Below are positions 17,282 through 26,907 of a stretch of DNA of 37,678 nucleotides, one piece after another. The DNA comes from Candidatus Jorgensenbacteria bacterium. Its GTDB lineage: Bacteria > Patescibacteriota > Minisyncoccia > UBA6257 > GWB1-50-10. The notes under the pieces were generated by a model. It worked only from the letters and a program-made list of their open reading frames with translations. It had not been told where the DNA came from and did no database searches. A program made the position numbers and the translations under genes. The stretch lies in the NCBI GenBank assembly GCA_016234345.1, contig JACRFG010000076.1, forward strand, positions 1 through 37,678, written 5' to 3'. Every line of letters starts with the position of its first letter. The first letter of the stretch is position 1.

Positions 17282-18331
17282 ATGCCCAAAGAAAAATCAG
17301 AAGTAATACAAACTATTAAAAAAGTGATGCCGACGGTCGTGTCCGTCATTATCTCAAAAAGCCTCGAAGAGGTTAAAAAGGATATCGGCAATCTAGAAAA
17401 GGAGGAGGGGATACCCACCGAACCACTCGTTATTCCTCCGGAAAAGATAGATGCTCACGGCATGGTTCAAGTCGGCGGCGGATCAGGTTTTATTGTAGAT
17501 GAAAGCGGAATAGTCCTCACTAACAAACATGTTATTGCCGAACCTAATTCGAGCTATACCGTTATCACGAACGATGACATGCGTTACAACGCCGAAGTCC
17601 TCGCACGCGATCCGGTAAACGATGTGGCTATTTTAAAAATAAAACCAACCAAAAAACTCCCAGCAATTGAATTGGGCAGCTCCGAAAATTTGGAACTGGG
17701 TCAAACGGTTCTCGCTATCGGAAACGCTTTGGGTATTTTCAAAAATACCGTCTCTATGGGAATTGTCTCCGGACTCTCGCGCTCGATAAGCGCCCAATCA
17801 GAACCGGGCGCCTCGCCACAAGAAATGCGCGGTCTTATCCAAACCGATGCCGCCATAAACCCAGGAAATTCCGGAGGACCACTCACTGATATTTTCGGAA
17901 AAGCTGTAGGCATCAATGCAGCCGTAGTATTCGGTGCACAAAACATAAGTTTCGCTATACCCATAAAAGCGGCTGAGCGCGATCTGGCCGATCTCAAAAA
18001 ATACGGACGAATCCGTAGACCTCTTATCGGACTTCGTTACTTAATTATCACACCCGATCTCAAAGAAAAACTTAAACTACCCGTTGACTACGGCGCCTAC
18101 GTAACCAAAGAACATCCCGCCGACGAAGCGGTAATAAAAGACAGCCCGGCAGACAAAGCAGGCATGAAAGACAAAGATATTATTCTTTTATGGAACGGCA
18201 AAAAGATATCCATCGAAAAGAATGTCCTTGATTATATGGATGATTGTAACGTTGGCGAAATCGTAACGCTTAAGATTCTTCGCGGAAAAGAAGAATTAGA
18301 CGCAAAAGTAACTCTTACCGAACGAAAATAA
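17282..18331 (+). CDS. HtrA/DegP-like trypsin serine protease with a PDZ domain
   Basis: GSGFI, LTNKHV, DVAILK, IQTDAAINPGNSGGPL, C-terminal PDZ; ATG 17282 lies 7 nt after TGCTAAACT. Confidence 0.95.
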   Translation: MPKEKSEVIQTIKKVMPTVVSVIISKSLEEVKKDIGNLEKEEGIPTEPLVIPPEKIDAHGMVQVGGGSGFIVDESGIVLTNKHVIAEPNSSYTVITNDDMRYNAEVLARDPVNDVAILKIKPTKKLPAIELGSSENLELGQTVLAIGNALGIFKNTVSMGIVSGLSRSISAQSEPGASPQEMRGLIQTDAAINPGNSGGPLTDIFGKAVGINAAVVFGAQNISFAIPIKAAERDLADLKKYGRIRRPLIGLRYLIITPDLKEKLKLPVDYGAYVTKEHPADEAVIKDSPADKAGMKDKDIILLWNGKKISIEKNVLDYMDDCNVGEIVTLKILRGKEELDAKVTLTERK

Positions 18332-19387
18332 CTAGAAAATATACTGATCTATAAGGAGATTGTTGCGATCGAAAAACCTTATCCAGTCATGCTCGGGATC
18401 CAGAGGAACGTTGTTACCGAGCCACACACGCCATTCATTAATCAAAAAATCTGGTTCGTAATAATAGCGATTATAACAACTCACATAGTCAAAACGGTTG
18501 AAAAACGCGTGGCATTGTAAATCCTCGAAACCAAGAACCGTGTTTAACTCATCAACTGTCGGCTTACGACAACCGCCAAGTGAAAATAGAAACGATTGGC
18601 AACGACCGGAAAGTTTTACGATTTCACCGCGATCCAAAAGTTCGGGACAATAATCGGGGAAACCCGGACTCGTTTCGTATTGATTATTCAAATGCCCAAT
18701 ACAACGGTTCAAACGAACATTCTTACCAAGGGGTGGCAAACTAGAATAACCGTTCACGTAATCGCCGGTCGAAAGAACAATATCTTCCTCCGGTGAAAGA
18801 CCATTAGGATGGTACATATTTACTGCTCGAGGAACGATTACTTCGCCTCTATTGGTTTTAAAACGCCATCCCGTAATATTTACTTTCTTTTCGCCAATAT
18901 CGCCGGCTGAAATCGAAAAACCATCTTGATTCAAACTGAAACCGAATTTTTTATAGTAAGGAGAGAGTTGGTCTACACGAAAACCTGGCGGCGGCTCGGG
19001 TGGTTCTTCGGGTATAACCGGAGGTTTAATAAGCGACGAGGTCGGGACTGACGGATCAATTGGAATATCACCTTGCGGAAATTGAGGATGCACTGGTATT
19101 TCCTTATATGGATCGGTAGTTGATGCAATCGGTTCAGTCGATGTTCTAAAGGTCACATAATTATCAGATACATCACCGTTAGAAACATTTGGATTCGTTT
19201 CGGCAACGGTAGTTGTGGACTCATCTACTGGCAGAACCGGATTTTCCACAACATCGGTAGATGTAGCGGTTGGCGATTCGGAAATTACCGGTTCGCCATT
19301 ACTGGTCAATGTATAAACGCTATAACCAACAACGCCAATAACAACAACACCAATGATTATTGCGCCGATAATAGTTAATGGATTCAT
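18332..19387 (-). CDS. Membrane-anchored hypothetical protein (lamin-tail-like segment, Cys-rich C-terminus)
   Basis: TM, T/P-rich linker, VNITGWRFK, several Cys, IRFFDRNNLLID ending. Confidence 0.78.
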   Translation of the reverse strand: MNPLTIIGAIIIGVVVIGVVGYSVYTLTSNGEPVISESPTATSTDVVENPVLPVDESTTTVAETNPNVSNGDVSDNYVTFRTSTEPIASTTDPYKEIPVHPQFPQGDIPIDPSVPTSSLIKPPVIPEEPPEPPPGFRVDQLSPYYKKFGFSLNQDGFSISAGDIGEKKVNITGWRFKTNRGEVIVPRAVNMYHPNGLSPEEDIVLSTGDYVNGYSSLPPLGKNVRLNRCIGHLNNQYETSPGFPDYCPELLDRGEIVKLSGRCQSFLFSLGGCRKPTVDELNTVLGFEDLQCHAFFNRFDYVSCYNRYYYEPDFLINEWRVWLGNNVPLDPEHDWIRFFDRNNLLIDQYIF

Positions 19388-19398
19388 ATTTTTAGATA

Positions 19399-21252
19399 TT
19401 ACTCAACCGTAACACTCTTGGCCAAATTACGCGGCTTATCTACGTCACAACCCTTAATAAGGGCTGCGTAATACGCAAAAAGCTGCAAAGGCACTACCGA
19501 AAGCATCGGGGTCAACATTTCCAGAGTTTTAGGAATGTATATAACATCGTTTGTAAAACGCTTCAAATCACCGTTGCCTTCGGTGCCTATAGCAATAACC
19601 GGACCGCGCCGCGCTTTAATCTCTTGAATGTTAGACGAGACCTTTTCATAAACAGAATCGGAAGGAGCCAAAAATATAGACGGGAATGTTTCATCAATAA
19701 GAGCTATGGGGCCGTGTTTCATTTCTCCAGCACTACATCCTTCCGCATGAACATAAGAAATCTCTTTGAGCTTTAAAGCACCTTCAAGAGCAACGGGGAA
19801 ATTATATTTCCTACCTAAATAAAGAAAATTGCGGTGCGCCGAATATTTTTTAACAATGGTTTGGATATTTTGATGACCTGCCAACACTCGACCAACAAGA
19901 ATAGGCAGTTGTTTCAATTCTTCGGCAATTCTTCGACCGATAGTAATGGACATTTCACGTTGCCGGCCCAAGAAAAGCGTAAGAAGCGCCAAAATCGTTA
20001 GCTGTGAAGTAAAGGCTTTGGTCGAAGCGACACCGATCTCTGGCCCGATGTGCTGATAAACGCCGGCATCGGTTTCTCGAGCGATTGTAGAGCCGACGGC
20101 ATTAACTATCCCCAAGGTGAGCACGCCTTTTTGCTTGGCTTCACGGAGAGCCGCTAATGTATCGGCTGTTTCACCGGATTGGGAAATAGCCAAAAATATA
20201 TCACCTTCACGGAATACCGGTTTCCGATATCTAAATTCTGAAGCTAAATCAACTTCAGTAGGAATACCAGCGTATTCTTCAAGCATGTACTTACCAACCA
20301 TGCCCGCGTAATAAGCTGTGCCACAAGCGGCAATAATTAGGCGTTTAGCTTTCCGAAGGTCTTTTTCTACCGACTCTAAGCCACCAAGCTTGGCCAAACC
20401 TTCTTCCGGGACCAATCGACCGCGGAGTGAATTTTCTATCGATTCGGGCTGCTCAAAAATCTCTTTAGCCATGAAGTGCGGATAATTACCACGCTCGGCC
20501 TGCTCGATAGTCCAGTCTATTTCTTGGGGGGCTCGCATTACCGTTTGATTCTCGAGGGTAAAAATGTGATGCCGAGACGGCGTAAGAACTGCGATTTCAC
20601 CATCATTCAAATACACGATCTGCCGAGTATATTTGAGCACGGCGGAAGCGTCAGAACCGATAATATACTCACCATCGCCCACACCAAGAAGCAGCGGGCT
20701 GAAATTTCTAACTGCCACAATTTTTTCTGGTTCGCGCCGGTCTAAAATAGCGAGCCCATACGTACCGCGCACACGCCTTAGGGCTTTCATGACCACTTCT
20801 TCAAAAGTCGAATTGGGGTCGCTATCACGCATATCTTCAATAAGATGTACCAAGGTTTCGGTGTCTGTTTCAGAACAGAATACATGGCCTTTTTCTAAAA
20901 GCTCTGATTTCAAATCTTTATAGTTCTCAATGATGCCGTTATGTGCCAAGAAAATATTATTTTTGCAATCGTGGTGCGGATGCGCATTTACTTCATTCGG
21001 TTCACCATGAGTCGCCCACCTGGTATGTGCAATTCCAACATTGCCTTCAAAATCAGTTCCATCACCAAGCTTACCTTCTAAAACCGATATTCGTCCGGGA
21101 GCTTTAGCAAACCGAACCTGAAATCCTTTGCCGTGCTTACCGACTACCGCAACCCCGGCCGAATCGTAACCGCGATACTCCAATGCTTTTAACCCATCAA
21201 GAATGATGGGTAACGCCCGCTGTTTACCGATATAACCGACAATACCGCACAT
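19399..21252 (-). CDS. glmS: Glutamine--fructose-6-phosphate transaminase (isomerizing)
   Basis: MCGIVG, LEYRGYDSAG, HTRWATHG, SQSGETAD, PRNLAKSVTVE. Confidence 0.99.
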   Translation of the reverse strand: MCGIVGYIGKQRALPIILDGLKALEYRGYDSAGVAVVGKHGKGFQVRFAKAPGRISVLEGKLGDGTDFEGNVGIAHTRWATHGEPNEVNAHPHHDCKNNIFLAHNGIIENYKDLKSELLEKGHVFCSETDTETLVHLIEDMRDSDPNSTFEEVVMKALRRVRGTYGLAILDRREPEKIVAVRNFSPLLLGVGDGEYIIGSDASAVLKYTRQIVYLNDGEIAVLTPSRHHIFTLENQTVMRAPQEIDWTIEQAERGNYPHFMAKEIFEQPESIENSLRGRLVPEEGLAKLGGLESVEKDLRKAKRLIIAACGTAYYAGMVGKYMLEEYAGIPTEVDLASEFRYRKPVFREGDIFLAISQSGETADTLAALREAKQKGVLTLGIVNAVGSTIARETDAGVYQHIGPEIGVASTKAFTSQLTILALLTLFLGRQREMSITIGRRIAEELKQLPILVGRVLAGHQNIQTIVKKYSAHRNFLYLGRKYNFPVALEGALKLKEISYVHAEGCSAGEMKHGPIALIDETFPSIFLAPSDSVYEKVSSNIQEIKARRGPVIAIGTEGNGDLKRFTNDVIYIPKTLEMLTPMLSVVPLQLFAYYAALIKGCDVDKPRNLAKSVTVE

Positions 21253-21259
21253 ATTATTA

Positions 21260-23710
21260 TTATATAAGAAAATTAATTAATCGGTCTTTAACAAAGATTA
21301 CTCTTTTAATAGCGTTTGTGCCAAGCCATTTTTTAATCATAATCTGTTCTCGAGCTATTTTTTCTGCTTCTTCCTGAACAATTCCCTTTGATACCAAAAC
21401 AGTATCGCGAACCCTGCCATTAATCTGGATTATAAGGTCAAATTCGTTATCTTCAACCAATTTAGAATTGTATGACGGCCATTTTTCGCGATGGATCGAT
21501 GTTTTATTCCCAAAACTATGCCATAACTCTTCGGTCATGTAAGGGGCTAAAGGAGCCGAAAGAAGCAAAAAATACCTCATATAATCAACCGATACAACAG
21601 TTTGTTTTTCAAACTCATTCAATAAAACCATGAGAGCGCTAATTGCTGTATTGTAATGCAAATTTTCTATATCATCGGTAACTTTCTTAATGGTCTTATG
21701 CATTAATTTTTGTAATTCTATTGTATTTTTTTTGCCTCCTGTCCTTCCCTTATCTCTGCAAGATACAAAATATCTCCATGCCCTATCCAAAAATCTGACG
21801 ATTCCTAAAATACTGGCATCACGAAAATCGCCACCCTGCTCGAAAGGCGCAAGAAACATAAGATATACACGAAGTGCGTCAGCGCCGAATTTTTTAATGT
21901 ATTCATCGGGATTAACAACATTGCCTTTAGATTTGGACATCTTAGCTCCTTCTTTTATAAGAAGACCGTGCGCCCGGAATTTAGTGAATGGTTCGTCGTA
22001 ATCAACCAATTTCATATCGTGGAAAGCCATAGCCAAAAACCTAGAATAAAGAAGGTGAAGCACGGAGTGTTCTGCTCCACCGATGTACATATTTACCGGC
22101 GACCATTTTTTTATGGTGGTTTTGTTAAATGGCTTTTTTAAATTCAAATATCCTATGTAATACCACGCCGAGTCTAAAAAAGTATCAGAAACATCAGTCT
22201 CGCGCCGCGCTTTAGCGCCGCATTTCGGGCATTTAACTTCATAAAAATTCTTAACTGAAGCAAGCGGAGAAGAACCCTTGCCTTTCGGCCGAAACTCTTT
22301 AACGAAGGGTAGCTTTACCGGCAAATCTTTTTCCGGCACAGCATACCAACCCAACATCCCGCCCTGGACGGAATCTATTTGCTCACCCTTTCCAAGTTGC
22401 GCACATGCTGCGCAATAAATCATTGGAATCGGCGCACCCCAATATCGCTGCCTAGAAATCAACCAATCCCGAAGCCGATACTGAATTTCTCGCCTACCGG
22501 AAACTTTTCTCGTAATTTGCCATTTAGCCGACTCAAAGTCGGTTCCATCCAACGATCCAGAATTAACTAACTTGCCTGTTCCCGTATACGCTCGCACAAG
22601 AGGACTTACCACCGTACCGTCACTAATCACTATTCGAACCGGTAAATTGTATTTTCTGGCGAACTCAAAATCACGTTCGTCATGCGCCGGCACCGCCATA
22701 ATCGCGCCAGTGCCGTAACCAGCGAGAACGTAATCCGCAATCCAAATCGGGATAGATTCGCCGGTTGCCGGATTCACGGCCCTTAATCCTTTTAACTCTA
22801 CTCCGGTTTTATCTTTGCTTTCATTGATACGCTCTTCCTCTGATTCCAATTTGGATTTTTGAATATAGGAACTAATTTCTGCCCAATTTTTAATCCGATA
22901 TTTAAGTTTTTGAATCAATGAATGTTCCGGAGCCAAAACCATATATGTAGCACCAAAAAGAGTGTCGGGACGAGTTGTGAATACCTCTATTTTATATTCG
23001 GTATCTTTAACTTCGAATTCGATGGATGCTCCTTCCGATCTGCCAATCCAATTTCGCTGGGCGATCTTAACACGTTCAGACCAATCGATTATATTCAAAT
23101 TTTCAAGAAGTTTCTCGGCATAAGCAGTAATCTTAAAGAACCACTGTTCGAGTTCACGTTTTTCAACAACACTGGAACACCGCTCGCATTTTCCCGAAAC
23201 AACCTGTTCATCGGCCAACACCGTCTTACACGACGGACACCAGTTAACCGGGGCTTTCTTACGATATGCCAAACCATTCTTAAACATTTGGATAAAAATC
23301 CACTGAGTCCATTTATAATATTCTGGGTCGTAAGTTTCCAGCCGTTCTTCCCAAGCAAAACCATTGCCAATTATCTCAAGTTGCTTGTAAAACCTTTTTT
23401 CGGAAACCTTTGCTTGTTTCATCGGATGCGCGCCGATCTTTAACGCGTAGTTCTCCGAATGAATGCCAAATCCATCAAGCCCGATAGGTTGGAACACGTC
23501 ACGCCCTTGCATACGCTTCATCCGGCCATAAATGTCGCTGCCCACAAATGCATACATATTTCCGACATGCAGTCCTTCGGCCGAAGGATACGGAAACATC
23601 ATAAGGTTATAGAAAGGTTTCTTGGTTTTTTTAAAATTCGGTTCGTATGTTTTCTTTATACGCCAAAACTGCTGCCATTTCTTCTCAATTGTTCTAAATT
23701 TATATTTCAT
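21260..23710 (-). CDS. leuS: Leucine--tRNA ligase
   Basis: MFPYPSAEGLHVGN, TTRPDT, GTGAIMAVPAHD, DWLISRQRYWG, KMSKS. Confidence 0.98.
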   Translation of the reverse strand: MKYKFRTIEKKWQQFWRIKKTYEPNFKKTKKPFYNLMMFPYPSAEGLHVGNMYAFVGSDIYGRMKRMQGRDVFQPIGLDGFGIHSENYALKIGAHPMKQAKVSEKRFYKQLEIIGNGFAWEERLETYDPEYYKWTQWIFIQMFKNGLAYRKKAPVNWCPSCKTVLADEQVVSGKCERCSSVVEKRELEQWFFKITAYAEKLLENLNIIDWSERVKIAQRNWIGRSEGASIEFEVKDTEYKIEVFTTRPDTLFGATYMVLAPEHSLIQKLKYRIKNWAEISSYIQKSKLESEEERINESKDKTGVELKGLRAVNPATGESIPIWIADYVLAGYGTGAIMAVPAHDERDFEFARKYNLPVRIVISDGTVVSPLVRAYTGTGKLVNSGSLDGTDFESAKWQITRKVSGRREIQYRLRDWLISRQRYWGAPIPMIYCAACAQLGKGEQIDSVQGGMLGWYAVPEKDLPVKLPFVKEFRPKGKGSSPLASVKNFYEVKCPKCGAKARRETDVSDTFLDSAWYYIGYLNLKKPFNKTTIKKWSPVNMYIGGAEHSVLHLLYSRFLAMAFHDMKLVDYDEPFTKFRAHGLLIKEGAKMSKSKGNVVNPDEYIKKFGADALRVYLMFLAPFEQGGDFRDASILGIVRFLDRAWRYFVSCRDKGRTGGKKNTIELQKLMHKTIKKVTDDIENLHYNTAISALMVLLNEFEKQTVVSVDYMRYFLLLSAPLAPYMTEELWHSFGNKTSIHREKWPSYNSKLVEDNEFDLIIQINGRVRDTVLVSKGIVQEEAEKIAREQIMIKKWLGTNAIKRVIFVKDRLINFLI

Positions 23711-23804
23711 AACGCAATGATTATATTCTAATGATTTGTAGCGTTTGTTTAAAGTCTGCTACAATAACAACTAGCAAGTTTATTTAACAACAAATAGGTG
23801 CTGA

Positions 23805-24635
23805 ATGAAAATCACGGCAATAGTAACATCGCTGTTATTTTTTGTGTTGCTTAACACCACCACTGTCCAATCGCAAAAAATAGATTACCTCGACACCCTA
23901 AAATTTTCTCTGGAGTTTTCAAAATTCAACTCACCTAACGCTTTCAAAAAAGGCTTTAATTGGCACGCGACGATCGCTCCAAAACTGCGCCTTCTTAAAA
24001 TAGACGCGCACGAATTATGGATGAATGGAACCCTACAAACGGTACTGGCCGAACGGTTTGATCCGGTCTTTCGAGTAAGCGGCGAAGTTTTTTTGATTGA
24101 TTTAATATACCGATACCGCATACATCCGAGATGGAATTTAAGCACATCGCTCATTCACATTTCAACCCATATCACTCAAGACTTAAATCATCCATTCTAT
24201 GCCGATCTGCCGCCAACTCCACCACATCTCCTCGACGACCTAAACGTTTTGGGCTTCGGACTTAGTGTCAAAAGCAGACCCGAAGATCTCCCCGCTATTT
24301 TTACCATCAGATATCAACCGGTTAAAATAGTTTTCCGAGAAACTTGGCAGACAGAAAATTATGAACGGCCTTTATATCTAAGCGCTGAGCGAGCACTATG
24401 GCGTTTTCCCCCATGCCAGATATCCACAGTAGTCAGCGCTGAACTTGGCGAACACACCAATTCTATCGTGCGAACCGAAATGCGTTTTGAAGTCCTTAAA
24501 CCGGAACAACGTTTCGGCCGAGCTCAATTTTTTGCACAACACACCGACTACATCCGCGATCCTATCGGTTCAAGCCCTTCTTTCGGATTTTTCAGACAGG
24601 GATGGGCTTTAGGCTTTCGCATCGTATATGAATAA
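23805..24635 (+). CDS. Secreted hypothetical protein with a beta-strand-rich, outer-membrane-barrel-like pattern
   Basis: Signal peptide; alternating amphipathic strands; HISTH motif; C-terminal GWALGFRIVYE. Confidence 0.7.
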   Translation: MKITAIVTSLLFFVLLNTTTVQSQKIDYLDTLKFSLEFSKFNSPNAFKKGFNWHATIAPKLRLLKIDAHELWMNGTLQTVLAERFDPVFRVSGEVFLIDLIYRYRIHPRWNLSTSLIHISTHITQDLNHPFYADLPPTPPHLLDDLNVLGFGLSVKSRPEDLPAIFTIRYQPVKIVFRETWQTENYERPLYLSAERALWRFPPCQISTVVSAELGEHTNSIVRTEMRFEVLKPEQRFGRAQFFAQHTDYIRDPIGSSPSFGFFRQGWALGFRIVYE

Positions 24636-24637
24636 AA

Positions 24638-24670
24638 AACCCCGCTTATCTTACATAGATAAACGGGGTT
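24638..24670. terminator. Bidirectional terminator hairpin
   Basis: aaccccgcttatct-tacat-agataaacggggtt between convergent stops. Confidence 0.7.
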
Positions 24671-25559
24671 AATCTTTATAGTTAAACACTATAGGACTTA
24701 TAGAACCAAAAATAGCTCGAGCGTTATCTAATATTTGCTCTCTCATCTTTTCAAAAGAACATCCTTTTAAATCGGCTAGCCCACGCACTATTTCAATAAC
24801 GTATGCCGGTTCATTACGTTTACCGCGATATGGCACCGGTGAAACGTAAGGCGCGTCTGTTTCGGATAATATCCTATCAATGGGAATATATCGAACAACT
24901 TCATCATACGCCCGAACAAAAGTTATAACCCCGCCAAAAGTAAAATAAAATCCCAGATCAACCAATTTTTTGGCATCATCCATCGTGCCGCTGAAAAAAT
25001 GTATAATTCCCGGCCGGCTATTTAGCATATTGGATTTTAAATACAAAATATCAATCAGATCGGAAAAAGCCTCCCGGCAATGAATCATAAGGGGTTTTTT
25101 TGACTCACGACTAAGTTCGATCTGCGCCAAAAAAGCGTCTTTCTGTTTCTCAACGTACGATACTCTGTCAAAATCTTTTGGCAAATGATAGTAGTCCAAC
25201 CCACACTCGCCGATAGCCAAAACCTTGGGATGCCGGACTAAGACTTTGTAGTAATCAAAATTGAATGATTCGGCACGACTGATAAATCCTTGGGTTGGCA
25301 AACCGCCAAGTTCTTTCGGGTCGTGGTATGAATGAAAAGTATGTATCGGATGAAGACCGATCACGGCGTAAACCGGATCTTGTTTATATTCTTCTGCAAT
25401 CTCAACAGCTCGCCGAGAAGTGTCTTCTTGAGTTCCCACATTCACAAGCCCAACGCCACTAGTAAGTGCTCGGGCTATAACGTCGCGATAATCTTTTTCA
25501 AAAGCAGCGAACTGAACATGGGTATGAGCATCTAAGTAGTGAATTCGCATGGGTTGCAT
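24669..25559 (-). CDS. tatD: TatD family deoxyribonuclease
   Basis: DAHTH, GLHP, AIGECGLDY, IHCR, HFFSG, SETDAPY, RNEP; alternative start 25550. Confidence 0.95.
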   Translation of the reverse strand: MQPMRIHYLDAHTHVQFAAFEKDYRDVIARALTSGVGLVNVGTQEDTSRRAVEIAEEYKQDPVYAVIGLHPIHTFHSYHDPKELGGLPTQGFISRAESFNFDYYKVLVRHPKVLAIGECGLDYYHLPKDFDRVSYVEKQKDAFLAQIELSRESKKPLMIHCREAFSDLIDILYLKSNMLNSRPGIIHFFSGTMDDAKKLVDLGFYFTFGGVITFVRAYDEVVRYIPIDRILSETDAPYVSPVPYRGKRNEPAYVIEIVRGLADLKGCSFEKMREQILDNARAIFGSISPIVFNYKD

Positions 25560-25625
25560 TTACTACAGTTCTTATTCTACCATGGGTGATAGTAGTTTTA
25601 CGTATTATATAGAAAGGAATTACGA

Positions 25626-26309
25626 ATGCGTTGGCGTGCGCTTATCCTTGATTGGAACGGAACGGTGCTTGATGATCTTCCGGTTGTATATGGCAGTGTA
25701 ATCGAAATATTCAGGGCTTACGGCTTACCGCCGCCGTCACTCCAGAGCTACAAAGAAGAAATAACTGCTGATTTTATTCAATTCTACTGCGGCCACGGTA
25801 TCCCCAAACCTAAAAACGAAGCCGAACTTAACACTTTACGAACCACACTGAATCAGATCAGAAAACATTATTTCTTGAAACACTGGAATGAAGTGAAAGT
25901 GCGGCCGGGAACGCGAGAACTTTTAATTCTTGCCCAAAAAACAGGAATGCAAACAGCAATTGTAAGTGCCGAGGTAGAAGAAGTTCTCGAAAAACGCCTT
26001 TTCGATTTTGCCCTGACTGATCTTTTTGATCGCGTCGAAGGCAATGCCTGGGATAAAGAACGGGCCCTTGTAAACACTTTTGACTTCTTTGGTCTTAAAG
26101 CCGAAGAGACTGTTTATATTGATGATACTTTTGACGGATTAACTGCTGCCAACAACGTCGGCGCGGGAACAATCGGCTTCACAGACGGTTATAATACCGA
26201 AGAAAGAATCAGAGCCGCTAAACCGAACTTCCCAAACGGAACGCTGTCAAAGATCGATTCTATGCAACAAGTTATCGCTATTATTAAACATGTTAACTGG
26301 GGGGTCTGA
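25626..26309 (+). CDS. HAD-superfamily phosphatase
   Basis: Motif I LDWNGTVLD, IVS, K, YIDDTFDG; SD GAAAGGA. Confidence 0.9.
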   Translation: MRWRALILDWNGTVLDDLPVVYGSVIEIFRAYGLPPPSLQSYKEEITADFIQFYCGHGIPKPKNEAELNTLRTTLNQIRKHYFLKHWNEVKVRPGTRELLILAQKTGMQTAIVSAEVEEVLEKRLFDFALTDLFDRVEGNAWDKERALVNTFDFFGLKAEETVYIDDTFDGLTAANNVGAGTIGFTDGYNTEERIRAAKPNFPNGTLSKIDSMQQVIAIIKHVNWGV

Positions 26310-26896
26310 TGAAATTAATAGTTGGGCTCGTTGGTGAAATAAAGGCCGGCAAAGAAACGACAGTAAGGCATATCAAGAAATATCTACCAAAACAGTTCAC
26401 GTTTAGTCATCTCCGATTTTCAGACACTCTCGCTCAAACTCTTGATCTATGGGGTGCTCCGAAAAACAGGCACAATCTTCAAAATCTTGTAGTTAAAATG
26501 GAAGAGGTTTTGGGCGAAGGCGCTTTAAGCCGAGCTATGGCTTTACGCATACAAAATGACCGAGCAAATATCACTGTGGTAGACGGAATACGTTGGTGGA
26601 GCGACGTGCACATGATAAAATCTTTCAATCCATCAGTTATGGTGTATATCACCGCCAATCGCCAAGAACGATACATTAGAACAGTCCGTGCCAACGACAA
26701 GGTCGGCGATCCCAAAAAAACCTGGGAAGAATTCGTCGTAGAAGATGAAGCTCATAATGAACGTTTTATCGGTGAGATAGGCAGAAAAGCAGCCGACTAT
26801 ATCATAGTAAACAACGGTAGGGAAGAAGAATTCCGGGATAATATCCGGCAACTCTTCAATGAAAAAATCAAATCCTTGCTTCAAGCGGAACAGTAA
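26309..26896 (+). CDS. P-loop nucleotide kinase-like protein (dNMP kinase/CoaE-like)
   Basis: IVGLVGEIKAGKET, FSD.L, VVDGIR, ADYIIVNNG; translationally coupled to the HAD gene (TGATG). Confidence 0.82.
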   Translation: MKLIVGLVGEIKAGKETTVRHIKKYLPKQFTFSHLRFSDTLAQTLDLWGAPKNRHNLQNLVVKMEEVLGEGALSRAMALRIQNDRANITVVDGIRWWSDVHMIKSFNPSVMVYITANRQERYIRTVRANDKVGDPKKTWEEFVVEDEAHNERFIGEIGRKAADYIIVNNGREEEFRDNIRQLFNEKIKSLLQAEQ

Positions 26897-26907
26897 TGTT
26901 CCGCTTT

